DNA of 50,232 nucleotides from contig JAYZKG010000020.1 in the NCBI GenBank assembly GCA_036163695.1, positions 1 through 50,232 of the forward strand. The letters run 5' to 3'. The stretch comes from Actinomycetota bacterium. Lineage in GTDB: Bacteria > Actinomycetota > Acidimicrobiia > Actinomarinales > Actinomarinaceae. Shown here piece after piece: positions 14,458-23,993 of the stretch. The translations under genes were made by a program, and so were the position numbers. Every line of letters begins with the position of its first letter. Position 1 is the stretch's first letter. The notes under the pieces were generated by a model. That model was not told the origin of the DNA, ran no database searches, and saw only the letters and a list, made by a program, of their open reading frames with translations.

Positions 14458-16373
14458 TTTAGTTTCTTTCTAATACTTTCTGAAATAGCTTTAGTATCCA
14501 ACTTAAAATAATTTTCTAAATCATCTTTTGGTGCAGATGAGCCAAAAGAATCAAGAGAAAAAGAACCATCAATTTCTCCTATATAATTTGCCCATCCAAC
14601 TGAGGTTGCTATTTCGAGAGTAAAGACTCTCCCTTGACCACGAAGCTCCTCTAATGTTTCATTGTCTATATCGACTAATTTATTTAATATAGGAGTACTG
14701 ACTACCTGGATTGAAAATTCATTAAGCTCATCTGCTATCTTTAATGCAGTAGACACTTCTGAGCCGGAAGCAAAAATAGATGCGTCAGATCCTTCTTTTA
14801 CTATGTATGCTCCTTTATTGAATTCCTCTTGAGTTAAGTTGCTGTTGACGGGGTCTAAGTCTTGTCTAGATAGCACAATAGCAGTAGGGCCCTTGTTCGA
14901 AGAAAAGGCATACCTATAAGCACAGCTAATCTCGCTCCCATTAGATGGCCTTATTACATCAAGGTTTGGAATTAGCCTAAGGGACATAAGGTGTTCCACG
15001 GGTTGATGTGTAGGGCCATCCTCTCCAAGCAGTAACGAGTCATGTGTGAATATAAAAACCGAATTTATCCCCATAAGTGCTGATAATCGGATACTCGGTC
15101 TCATATAATCAGAAAATACTAGAAACGTAGAGGCAAAAGCCTTTAGGTTACTATGGAGCACAATTCCATTAGTTATTCCTGCCATAGCATGCTCTCTAAC
15201 ACCGTATTCAATATTTCTTCCAAGAGGGTTGTCCTTTGCAAAATATTCTTTTCCTACCAGTTGTTTTGTAGATGCAGCTAAATCTGCTGACCCACCCAAA
15301 ATAAATTCATTATTTTCGGCTATTTTGCTTAACACTTCCCCTCCAGAGACTCTGGATGCTTTTGGCTCCTTTAATTCCAAGTCTTCAAAAGAAATATCTT
15401 TAGAAGTGAAGTCTTCCCATAAGCTTTTAAATTTCTTATCAGATAATCTTGTTTCAAGGTTATCTGACCATTCATAAAAATCATTTGATGACTGTGCTCT
15501 CTTTTCAGAAAAATATTCATACACTTCCTTTGGGTGTTCAAAAACATCACCTACCCAACCAAGGTTATCTAAGAAACCTTCCATCTCTTTCTCTCCAAGA
15601 GGCTCTCCATGGGATGAGGCCGTATTAGCTTTAGTAGGAGCATATTTTCCTATTTCTGACGTAGCTACGATCAGAGAGGGTTTAGATAAATTTGATTGAG
15701 CTTCTGTAATTGAGGAAATTATTTGGTCATAGTTATGGGCATCTATCTCTAAAACATGCCACCCCATAGATTCAAACTTTGATTTCTGATTAGTTATAGA
15801 TACTTTCTCTACAAAACCATCAATAGATATATTGTTATTATCAAAGAAGTATATTATCTTTCCAAGACCCCAAGTTCCTGCAAGTTCAGCAGCTTCTGTT
15901 GAGACTCCTTCCATTAGGTCTCCGTCAGAAACAATCCCGTAGACATGGTGATTAATTACATCTTCTCCTAATTTTTCACTTAAGTACCTTTCTGCTAAAG
16001 CCATCCCCACGCCATTAGCAAACCCTTGGCCTAACGGCCCTGTTGTTGTATCAATACCCTCCTTACTGCTATATTCTGGATGTCCAGGAGTTTTTGAATT
16101 CAATTGTCTGAATTTTTTTACATCTTCCATGGTTAAGTCAAATCCATTAAAGTGCAGTAAGCTATAAAGCAACATCGAACCGTGTCCCGCAGAGAGTACA
16201 AATCTATCTCTATTGATCCAGTCTGGCTTTTCTGGTGTTACGTTCAGAAACTCTTTAAAGAGTACTGTTCCAACTTCTGCCATTCCAAGTGGCATACCAG
16301 GATGTCCTGAATTTGCTTTCTCAACTGCTGATGCAGATAAAACTCGGATTGATTTTGTTACTTCGTTAAACAT
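14454..16373 (-). CDS. tkt: Transketolase
   Basis: 639 aa. N-terminal SGHPGMPLGMAE and GDGDLMEG-like (SDGDLMEGVS) ThDP motifs. GAGGAA Shine-Dalgarno sequence upstream. Confidence 0.95.
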   Translation of the reverse strand: MFNEVTKSIRVLSASAVEKANSGHPGMPLGMAEVGTVLFKEFLNVTPEKPDWINRDRFVLSAGHGSMLLYSLLHFNGFDLTMEDVKKFRQLNSKTPGHPEYSSKEGIDTTTGPLGQGFANGVGMALAERYLSEKLGEDVINHHVYGIVSDGDLMEGVSTEAAELAGTWGLGKIIYFFDNNNISIDGFVEKVSITNQKSKFESMGWHVLEIDAHNYDQIISSITEAQSNLSKPSLIVATSEIGKYAPTKANTASSHGEPLGEKEMEGFLDNLGWVGDVFEHPKEVYEYFSEKRAQSSNDFYEWSDNLETRLSDKKFKSLWEDFTSKDISFEDLELKEPKASRVSGGEVLSKIAENNEFILGGSADLAASTKQLVGKEYFAKDNPLGRNIEYGVREHAMAGITNGIVLHSNLKAFASTFLVFSDYMRPSIRLSALMGINSVFIFTHDSLLLGEDGPTHQPVEHLMSLRLIPNLDVIRPSNGSEISCAYRYAFSSNKGPTAIVLSRQDLDPVNSNLTQEEFNKGAYIVKEGSDASIFASGSEVSTALKIADELNEFSIQVVSTPILNKLVDIDNETLEELRGQGRVFTLEIATSVGWANYIGEIDGSFSLDSFGSSAPKDDLENYFKLDTKAISESIRKKLN

Positions 16374-16406
16374 TTATTTCCTCACTATAAGAATCATATT
16401 AAGTTA

Positions 16407-18038
16407 TTAAGTAGATGCCAGTGATTCTTTTGCGTGATAAGAGGAGCGCACTAATGGTCCAGACTCTACATGCCCTATTCCTTGAGAAATACCATACTCC
16501 TTATACCCCTCAAACTCCTGCAAAGAAACATATCTGCTAATTGGTCTGTGCTTAGGAGAAGGCCTCAGATATTGTCCAATCGTTACTATATCAATATTAA
16601 GAGCAGCTAGGTCATCAAGAACAGAACATACCTCCTCATATGTTTCTCCCATTCCTACAATAAGTCCAGTCTTTAATTTTCCATCAAATCCTAAGTCTCT
16701 AGCTAGCTGGAGGAGGGCCAAAGACCTACCGTAAGAAGCTGCTGTCCTGATATCTCTCTGTAATCGTGGAACTGTTTCTAAGTTGTGATTTAAAACATCA
16801 GGATTTGCTAAAACTATATTCTTTATTGCTTCTCTTGATCCTTTAAAATCTGGAATTAAAACTTCTATGTCACAATTAGGATTAACATCCCTTATCTTGT
16901 TTATTGTCGTTGCAAAAAAAGATGAGCCTCCATCCTCTAAGTCATCTCTATTAACAGAGGTAACTACAGCATGCTCCAATTCCATACTTTTTACACTTTC
17001 AGCAACACGGAGGGGCTCTCCCCAATCTAAGTTCTGTGGTTTTCCAGTATTAACATCACAAAACCCACAAGCCCTAGTACAAGTATCTCCCATTATCATA
17101 AAAGTAGCTGTCCCAGACTCCCAACACTCGTAGATGTTGGGGCAACCAGCTTCTTCACAAACTGTATTTAGGCTTTTGTCTCTCATGAGATTCTTTATCT
17201 CTCTATAATCTTCTCCGAGCACTGCTTTGACCTTCATCCAATCAGGTCTCTTGGGCTCACCATCTAATAACCCATTAATAGTTACGGGAACACTCATTGC
17301 CTTTTGTGGCGAAAATGTACCGTTCTTTAATAATTCATCTATTTCAAAAGTAGTCATTGCTCTTGATTGCCTTGGAGTAAAAGCAGAAAATTGCTCATTA
17401 ACTTCTTCATAGTCAAACTCTTCTATAAACTCATTTACAACCGTAGCTACTACATCTTGATAAGCTATTGTTGAGTCAAAAGCATGTATGGATGTTGTGG
17501 GTTTATTATCAAATCCACAAGGGTTAATTAAATCAAAACCATCCAAGTTATCTTGAATATTGAGAGCAAATCCATGTAAGGTAGTCCATTTACTTACTTT
17601 GATTCCAATTGAAGATATCTTACCTTTTCTTGTCCAAACTCCCGTTGCAGTCTGGTCTTGCCAAGATTCTATACCAAATACATTAAGCGTCGATACAATT
17701 ACCCTCTCGAGTGAGCGAACATAAGGAATCACTTTTTTTGGATCCTCAAGGTGTACTAACGGGTATCCAACTAATTGACCTTTGGAATGGAAGGTTACAT
17801 CTCCCCCCCTGTCTACATCATGCACCTGTATACCTTTTAAATTTAAACTCTCTGTTGACTCAAGAATATTAGAAGTTTTTGCTGTTCTTCCTTTCGTTAT
17901 TACAGAGTCGTGTTCTAAAAGCAATAAGTAGTCTGTATTATCTATTGATTGACTTACATAACTATGCAGTCCCCTTTGGAGAATTAATGCCTCATCATAT
18001 GGGAGGTAGCCTAGCCACCTTACATTTAGTCTATTCAA
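16407..18038 (-). CDS. lipB-lipA: Fused octanoyltransferase (LipB, N-terminal) and lipoyl synthase (LipA, C-terminal)
   Basis: 543 aa. The LipB part has RGGDVTFHSKGQLVGYP, KISSIGIKV and NPCGF. The LipA part has CEEAGCPNIYECW and the radical-SAM motif CTRACGFCDV. It is a single uninterrupted frame, and its start overlaps the E2 stop (ATGA). Confidence 0.9.
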   Translation of the reverse strand: MNRLNVRWLGYLPYDEALILQRGLHSYVSQSIDNTDYLLLLEHDSVITKGRTAKTSNILESTESLNLKGIQVHDVDRGGDVTFHSKGQLVGYPLVHLEDPKKVIPYVRSLERVIVSTLNVFGIESWQDQTATGVWTRKGKISSIGIKVSKWTTLHGFALNIQDNLDGFDLINPCGFDNKPTTSIHAFDSTIAYQDVVATVVNEFIEEFDYEEVNEQFSAFTPRQSRAMTTFEIDELLKNGTFSPQKAMSVPVTINGLLDGEPKRPDWMKVKAVLGEDYREIKNLMRDKSLNTVCEEAGCPNIYECWESGTATFMIMGDTCTRACGFCDVNTGKPQNLDWGEPLRVAESVKSMELEHAVVTSVNRDDLEDGGSSFFATTINKIRDVNPNCDIEVLIPDFKGSREAIKNIVLANPDVLNHNLETVPRLQRDIRTAASYGRSLALLQLARDLGFDGKLKTGLIVGMGETYEEVCSVLDDLAALNIDIVTIGQYLRPSPKHRPISRYVSLQEFEGYKEYGISQGIGHVESGPLVRSSYHAKESLAST

Positions 18039-19294
18039 CGTAACTCTTGCTTCCAGTTAGAATTTTCCAGTTTATCTTTTATTGAGTTCAAAAAAAGTAG
18101 TGCTGTTGAACCGTCAAACACTCTATGGTCCCAAGTTAAACTCAACAACCCTGTATGTCTTATTGATATAGAATCTGAACCATCTGGACTTTCAATAACT
18201 ACTGCTCTTTTTTTCACTGATTCAGCCGAAAGAATTGCAACATTAGGTTGATTAATTATTGGTGCAGTTAAATATGAATTAAATGAACCATTATTTGATA
18301 TGCTAAATGTACTTCCTGAAATATCTTCTAAATCATACTTTCCAGATCTTAAAGTCTGAGATAGTTCTGAAATTTTCCTTGCAACTCCTACTAAATTGTA
18401 AGAATCTGTACTTTTTATTGTCCCTACTAAAAGACCTTCTTGGTCTAAATCAACAGCTATCCCGAGATTAATTTCTTCATGTATAGTGTGTTTACCGGCT
18501 TCAAGATCGAAAGAACTATTTACAACCGGAAATTCTTTCAAAGACTCTACGGAAGCTCTAGATATAAAAGGTAGATAGGTTAAAGAAAAACCTTCATTTT
18601 CTTTAAAAGTTTCTTTATTCTCTCCTCTAAGTTGTTCAATGGCTTCAAAATCCACCTCTACAGAAGTCATTACATGAGCAGAGGTTTGTTTCGAGATAAT
18701 CATATTTTCAGCAATCTTTTTTCTAAGTCTTGGGATCTCTTGTTCACCCTTGCTTTCACGTTGTACTTCTCTAACTGGTTCCTTTTCTTGTTTTTTGTCA
18801 CTTTCAGCATCAGTAGAGTTGATATAAGCTTCTATATCTTTCCTAGTTATTCTTCCATCCTTACCAGAGCCCTTAATAGAAGAGATTTCAATATTGTGTT
18901 TCTTTGCAAGCTTCCTTACTACAGGTGATAGCTTTAGATTTTGATCTTTTATTTGCGTTTCACTATGTTCATCAGATTTAAATCTTTTTTGGACTTGATG
19001 CTCCTCTTCCTTTTGTACCACTTCTTCTTCTTTCTCATGCAATTTAGGACTTTCTTCTACTCCATCAAGTTCGAGTAATGGTGTTCCAACAGCAACAGTA
19101 TCGCCTTCACTAACCAATAAATTTGATACTGTTCCTGAGAATGGAGAAGGAACTTCTGTATCTACTTTATCTGTAGAAATCTCAACAAGAGGGTCATCTT
19201 CTTTGACTATATCTCCTACCTTTACCAACCATGTCAATATAGTCCCTTCCATAACAGTTTCCCCCAGCTGAGGCATTGTGACTATTTGGCTCAT
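18035..19294 (-). CDS. Dihydrolipoamide acyltransferase (E2) of a 2-oxoacid dehydrogenase complex
   Basis: 419 aa with one lipoyl domain (EISTDKVDTEV), a peripheral subunit-binding domain (SPVVRKLAKKHNIEISSIKGSGKDGRITRKD) and the catalytic DHRVFDG motif. Confidence 0.9.
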   Translation of the reverse strand: MSQIVTMPQLGETVMEGTILTWLVKVGDIVKEDDPLVEISTDKVDTEVPSPFSGTVSNLLVSEGDTVAVGTPLLELDGVEESPKLHEKEEEVVQKEEEHQVQKRFKSDEHSETQIKDQNLKLSPVVRKLAKKHNIEISSIKGSGKDGRITRKDIEAYINSTDAESDKKQEKEPVREVQRESKGEQEIPRLRKKIAENMIISKQTSAHVMTSVEVDFEAIEQLRGENKETFKENEGFSLTYLPFISRASVESLKEFPVVNSSFDLEAGKHTIHEEINLGIAVDLDQEGLLVGTIKSTDSYNLVGVARKISELSQTLRSGKYDLEDISGSTFSISNNGSFNSYLTAPIINQPNVAILSAESVKKRAVVIESPDGSDSISIRHTGLLSLTWDHRVFDGSTALLFLNSIKDKLENSNWKQELR

Positions 19295-19297
19295 CCT

Positions 19298-21307
19298 TTA
19301 ATTCCCTAATTCTCTAATTGCATTAACTACTTTATCAATACTAGGAATAAACTCATCCTCCAAAACTGGAGCGAATGGAATATGTGTATTTGGAGAAGTA
19401 ACCCTCTTTATTGGGTTATCAAGGTTCCAAAAACCTCTTTCGACAACTATAGATGAGATTTCAGATGCTACAGAGGAAAACGGAACATCTTCTTGTACTA
19501 TGCACAGGTTTGATGTTTTCTCAACCGAAGACAATATTGTTTCAGCATCTAGCGGAACTATAGAACGTAAATCAATAACTTCTACAGATATCCCTTCATT
19601 GCTTAAAACTTCAGCTGCTTCTTCAGCTATATGCACCATCCCAGACCATGAAACAATTGTTGCATCGGATCCTTCCCTAATAATTTTTGCACTACCTAAC
19701 TCAACTTCATACAAACCTGTAGGAACTTCCATTTTTAATTCTGGTTTTCTGTAAAGCTTCTTGTGTTCAAGAAACATTACAGGATTCGGGTCAAAGATTG
19801 ATGCTACTAATAAGCCTTTTGCGTCATATGGGTTCGAAGGAGCTACAACCTTCAAACCTGGATGATGAGCTAGTAATGATTCAGGGCTAATAGAATGGAA
19901 AGGTCCAGATCTAGTCCCTGCACCTGTAGGACCCCTAACAACCATTGGAACAGGCTTTCCTGCTTTCCAATTATATTTTGCTGCTTCAGTAGTCAACTGA
20001 TCAAGTGCTGGGTAAACGAAATCAAAGAATTGCAACTCTACTATTGGATACTTCCCTGCGAGGGCAGCTCCAACGGCAGCTCCAACAAAACCTGCCTCAG
20101 AGATTGGAGTATCTATAACCCTATCTTCTCCGTATTTTTGATGTAGGCCTTGTGTTGCTTTGAATGCCCCACCAAATTCTCCAATATCTTCTCCCATTAG
20201 AAAAACATCATCATGTTGAGACATAACTTCATCCATAGCATTGGTAATTGCTTCAATGAAATTCATTGTCTCTGTCTCTTGCTCATTGCTAGCAAAAACT
20301 GGTAACGTTCGTGGGGAAAATATATCTCTTATCTCTTCAGATGGATCTGGGTCCGGCTGATCTTTTGCCCAGTCTAAAGTTTCTTTAACTAATTTTTCTA
20401 TCTCTTCTTCAATTTTGTTAAAATCTTCTTCTTCAAATAGTCCTTCTTGAATAAGGGATGCTTCAAAGCGTAAGACTGGATCCCTTTCCATCCAATAGCT
20501 TCTTACCTCATCATTAACATAATCTGCAGGATCATGCCCAGCATGACCATAGTGTCTAAATGTGACAAGCTCTAATAAAGTTGGGCCACCACCATTCCTT
20601 GCATGTTCACATGCTTCATAAACTGCATCCATTACTGCATAAATATCATTTCCATCAATAATATATGAAGGGATTCCGTATCCAGAAGCTCTATCAGAAA
20701 CATTGTTAGAGGCAAATTCTGCTTCGTTAGGAGTAGAGTAAGCATATTGGTTATTTTGTACAGTAAAGACTGTTGGTAAATTCAGAACAGCAGCCATGTT
20801 AATTGCTTCATGCCAAGCTCCTGTTGCTGTTGCTCCTTCTCCACAATTAGCTACAGTAACAACTCCTGACTTATCTTGCATAGAAGCTAATGCCCATCCA
20901 ACTGCAACTGGCCCAGAGTCAGGGAGAGGAGAAGCAACCATCAATGTTCCCTTGTCAACTACTCCAAAATGGCTATTTCCATCACGGCCCTTCGAAGGGC
21001 CTTCTCTCTTCCCGTAAAAATTTAATGCGATCTCCTTTAAGCTCACCCCTCTCATCATTTGTACCCCTAAATCTCTATGAGTTCCACCAAAAATATCTTT
21101 TGGTCCCATTCCTGCACCTATTCCAGCCATAGAAGCTTCTTGCCCAATCCCTGGATATACAGCTCCTGAGAGTTGTCCACCTTTATACATTTTTAATAGT
21201 CGATCTTCTAATACTCTCTGGGTCTTCATAGAAACATATATCTCTGATAATCTCTCTTTCGAGAGTGATGATGCATAATCTTTTCTTTTAATTGGCTCAA
21301 CACCCAT
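19298..21307 (-). CDS. Fused E1 alpha/beta component of a 2-oxoacid (pyruvate or branched-chain) dehydrogenase
   Basis: 669 aa. The alpha part has the ThDP motif CGEGATATGAWHEAINMAA...NNQYA. The beta part begins at internal Met348 (MNFIEAITNAMDEVM...GEDIGEFGGAFKAT), codon 20264..20266. Confidence 0.9.
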   Translation of the reverse strand: MGVEPIKRKDYASSLSKERLSEIYVSMKTQRVLEDRLLKMYKGGQLSGAVYPGIGQEASMAGIGAGMGPKDIFGGTHRDLGVQMMRGVSLKEIALNFYGKREGPSKGRDGNSHFGVVDKGTLMVASPLPDSGPVAVGWALASMQDKSGVVTVANCGEGATATGAWHEAINMAAVLNLPTVFTVQNNQYAYSTPNEAEFASNNVSDRASGYGIPSYIIDGNDIYAVMDAVYEACEHARNGGGPTLLELVTFRHYGHAGHDPADYVNDEVRSYWMERDPVLRFEASLIQEGLFEEEDFNKIEEEIEKLVKETLDWAKDQPDPDPSEEIRDIFSPRTLPVFASNEQETETMNFIEAITNAMDEVMSQHDDVFLMGEDIGEFGGAFKATQGLHQKYGEDRVIDTPISEAGFVGAAVGAALAGKYPIVELQFFDFVYPALDQLTTEAAKYNWKAGKPVPMVVRGPTGAGTRSGPFHSISPESLLAHHPGLKVVAPSNPYDAKGLLVASIFDPNPVMFLEHKKLYRKPELKMEVPTGLYEVELGSAKIIREGSDATIVSWSGMVHIAEEAAEVLSNEGISVEVIDLRSIVPLDAETILSSVEKTSNLCIVQEDVPFSSVASEISSIVVERGFWNLDNPIKRVTSPNTHIPFAPVLEDEFIPSIDKVVNAIRELGN

Positions 21308-22677
21308 TAGTGCAACCCTCTCCCTGAAGCAGACATTAATGCTTCTCCTACTGCCTCACTCAAAGTTGGATGTGCATGTATAAAATCTGCTGCTTCTTTT
21401 GGAAGTACTTCCCAGCCAACCATATACATTAATTCATGAATTACTTCGCCAGCAGCGGGACCGCAAACACTAGCACCAACTATTGGACCATCTTCTTCAT
21501 AAAAAACTTTAACTACTCCATTGTTATCATTCTGTATTATCGCCCTACCAAGGCCAACAAAGCTATGTTGTGCATTTGATATTTTTATATCCTTTGCTTT
21601 TGCATTCTCAGCATTTATCCCCACTTCAGCAAGCTCTGGTGATGTATAAACAACATAAGGAATAGCATCATAGTTAATATCTGCTTTCTCTCCTGTAGCT
21701 ATGTGAGTAATAGCAGCGATCCCTTCTGCAAAGCCAACATGTGCAAGTTGAGGTGTCCCTTCCACAATGTCACCTGCTGCATAAATATTAGAAACCGATG
21801 TTTGGAATGAATCTAGAGCTACTTTTACAAAGCCATTATTTCTTTCAACTCCTAACTCATCTAATCCGATATTATCCGTAAGAGGGCTCCTGCCAATAGA
21901 TATGAGGACAGAATCAAACTCCTCTACTGAATCATCAGAAAATGTAACTGTTTTGTTTTCTTTATTGACAGTAGTTATAGATGTCCCTAATTTAAATTTT
22001 ACGCCTCTCTTTGATAGCTGTTTTCGTAATTCCCCAGCTGTCCTTTTGTCCATTCCGGGTAAAATTTCTTTCTCAAGTTCAACAACTGTAGTCTCTGAAT
22101 CTAGATCAATTAAAAAGCTTGCAAACTCGCACCCTATGGCACCTGCTCCAACAATACATACTTTCTTTGGGGGAGCCACCCAGTCTAAAGCTTCATCTGA
22201 AGAAATGATATACTCGCCATCGTACTCAAATCCAGGAAGGGCCTTTGGTATAGAGCCAGTTCCTAATAAAATATAATCACTTTCAACTTTTTCTTCTTTA
22301 CCATTTGGTTTCTTTACTAAAACGGTTTTTTTATCAATTAACGATCCCCAACCTTCAATAATCTTTACCTTCTTTGCTTCAAGTAAAGAAGCTAGGCCTC
22401 CTGTTAATTGTCCAACAACTTCCTTTCTCTTATCAAAAGTTTTGTTCCAGTCATTAGATATTTTCTTTACATTAATACCCAACTCGTCTGCTTTGTTAAG
22501 CTCTCTATTTACTTCAGCCACATGGAGCCAATGTTTTGCAGGAATACATCCCCTATTGAGACAGGTACCTCCGATGCCATCTGCCTCAATTAACGTTACA
22601 TCAAGATTAAAGTGGCTTGCATACAGGGCCGACGCGTAGCCTGCCGGACCTCCTCCTACTATTGTTATTTTTTTCAA
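21307..22677 (-). CDS. lpdA: Dihydrolipoyl dehydrogenase (E3)
   Basis: 456 aa with GGGPAGY, the redox disulfide GGTCLNRGCIPAK and HAHPTLSE. TTG start preceded by AGAGG. The stop overlaps the E1 start (TAATG). Confidence 0.95.
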   Translation of the reverse strand: MKKITIVGGGPAGYASALYASHFNLDVTLIEADGIGGTCLNRGCIPAKHWLHVAEVNRELNKADELGINVKKISNDWNKTFDKRKEVVGQLTGGLASLLEAKKVKIIEGWGSLIDKKTVLVKKPNGKEEKVESDYILLGTGSIPKALPGFEYDGEYIISSDEALDWVAPPKKVCIVGAGAIGCEFASFLIDLDSETTVVELEKEILPGMDKRTAGELRKQLSKRGVKFKLGTSITTVNKENKTVTFSDDSVEEFDSVLISIGRSPLTDNIGLDELGVERNNGFVKVALDSFQTSVSNIYAAGDIVEGTPQLAHVGFAEGIAAITHIATGEKADINYDAIPYVVYTSPELAEVGINAENAKAKDIKISNAQHSFVGLGRAIIQNDNNGVVKVFYEEDGPIVGASVCGPAAGEVIHELMYMVGWEVLPKEAADFIHAHPTLSEAVGEALMSASGRGLH

Positions 22678-22723
22678 AATGCCTCTTTCTAACTGGGATT
22701 ACCAATTATTCAAGTCATAACTA

Positions 22724-22753
22724 CATATAAATAAGGGTTTCTTTATTTATATG
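22724..22753. promoter_or_regulatory. Perfect 11-bp inverted repeat (CATATAAATAA-N8-TTATTTATATG), a candidate operator or hairpin upstream of lpd
   Basis: The arms 22724..22734 and 22743..22753 are exact reverse complements. The repeat lies 47-76 nt upstream of the lpd start, in the largest intergenic region of the window. Confidence 0.3.
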
Positions 22754-22894
22754 ATCTCTGTTTCCCTTAGTACTAATTTACTAGGAGAAAAAAGAAATAG
22801 CTAACTATTAGGTGTGAGTAAATGGAATATGAGTTGATTTCAACTTTCAATATAGTGAATTTCAATAAATTATCAAAAGTATAGAATGTAGGTA

Positions 22895-22981
22895 ATGAAA
22901 ACCCGACACCTAATTGTTGCTTCTCTGTTTACTGGACTAATAATATTGATTGCTGGAGCAACTTGGCTCTTAACACTCTGA
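22895..22981 (+). CDS. Possible 28-aa hydrophobic micro-protein (MKTRHLIVASLFTGLIILIAGATWLLTL)
   Basis: A short ORF found by eye. It has one predicted TM helix after a basic N-terminus. Its stop lies 4 nt before the MBL hydrolase ATG. The ribosome-binding site is weak (AGG). It could be a chance ORF. Confidence 0.25.
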   Translation: MKTRHLIVASLFTGLIILIAGATWLLTL

Positions 22982-22985
22982 GATA

Positions 22986-23993
22986 ATGGGTAATAATTTT
23001 CCAATCGTCCCGATAGAGAGCCTACATGAAGGAATTTATCGATTAATTGTTCCGCTTCCCTGGTCTAAACCTGGGTTTGTAAATGTGTACTTAATTGAAG
23101 ACAAAAATGGATACATCATGATTGACTGTGGAGTTGCTGGAGATGCAGAATTTGATGTTTTATCTCAAACACTTGGCGAGCTGAATCTAGCTTGGTCAGA
23201 TATAAATATTCTTATTGGAACCCACTTACATACTGACCATATTGGACTGTCAGAGAAAATAAGAGAAGAAGGGATTCCCCTAGGGCTCTATGAAAATTCA
23301 GTTAAATATATTGAGAAATATAATGACTGGAAACTAAGATTCCAAGAACTCGCAGATTATTCAGAAAAAGAAGGTGCGCCCAAAGAGTTTATTGAAGATA
23401 TGAGAGCAATAGAGACACCTTCACTTGCTGGAACTTTATCAACACCGGACGTATTAATTAAAGATGGGGAAAGCCCAGATAAAACCACGAAAGGTCGACT
23501 AAAAGCAATATTTACACCAGGACATGATGCAAGTGAAGTATCTTTTATAGATAATAAATCAAAAATACTTTTCTCTGGAGATCACATACTCCCTAAAATT
23601 ACTCCATTTGTCCCAGTAGAGAATGAAGATTCTAATACACTTAAAGACTTCCTAGACTCCTTGGAGAAAACGCTTCCGTACAAAAAAACAATTATTGCTC
23701 CGGGTCATGGAGATATTATCCAAGAGCCGAATAAAAGAATAGAGCAAATGATTCTTCACCACAAAAGAAGGCTCGAAAGAGTTTTGAAACTATTAGGTGA
23801 AGACAGTTTAACTGGATGGGAAGTCTGTGAAAAACTCTTCCCAGAAAGATTAGATATTATGAACAGGCGTTTAGCTCTTCAAGAAACTCTATCTCACTTG
23901 CTATATCTTAAATCTAAAGGTAAGGTTTTGCATAACATTGACAATCCGTACTTCTTATGGTCAAGAATTAAGGAAAACAATAATGAAGAATGA
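22986..23993 (+). CDS. MBL-fold metallo-hydrolase (LACTB2-like, with a C-terminal helical domain)
   Basis: 335 aa with the HxHxDH motif (GTHLHTDHIG), a later GHD and PGHG. Confidence 0.85.
   Translation: MGNNFPIVPIESLHEGIYRLIVPLPWSKPGFVNVYLIEDKNGYIMIDCGVAGDAEFDVLSQTLGELNLAWSDINILIGTHLHTDHIGLSEKIREEGIPLGLYENSVKYIEKYNDWKLRFQELADYSEKEGAPKEFIEDMRAIETPSLAGTLSTPDVLIKDGESPDKTTKGRLKAIFTPGHDASEVSFIDNKSKILFSGDHILPKITPFVPVENEDSNTLKDFLDSLEKTLPYKKTIIAPGHGDIIQEPNKRIEQMILHHKRRLERVLKLLGEDSLTGWEVCEKLFPERLDIMNRRLALQETLSHLLYLKSKGKVLHNIDNPYFLWSRIKENNNEE

Noticed and set aside
23938-23982. Upstream 15-codon extension of the crotonase ORF
   Set aside because: It would overlap the MBL hydrolase gene by 56 nt. The ATG at 23983 has an AAGGA Shine-Dalgarno sequence and yields the canonical crotonase N-terminus.
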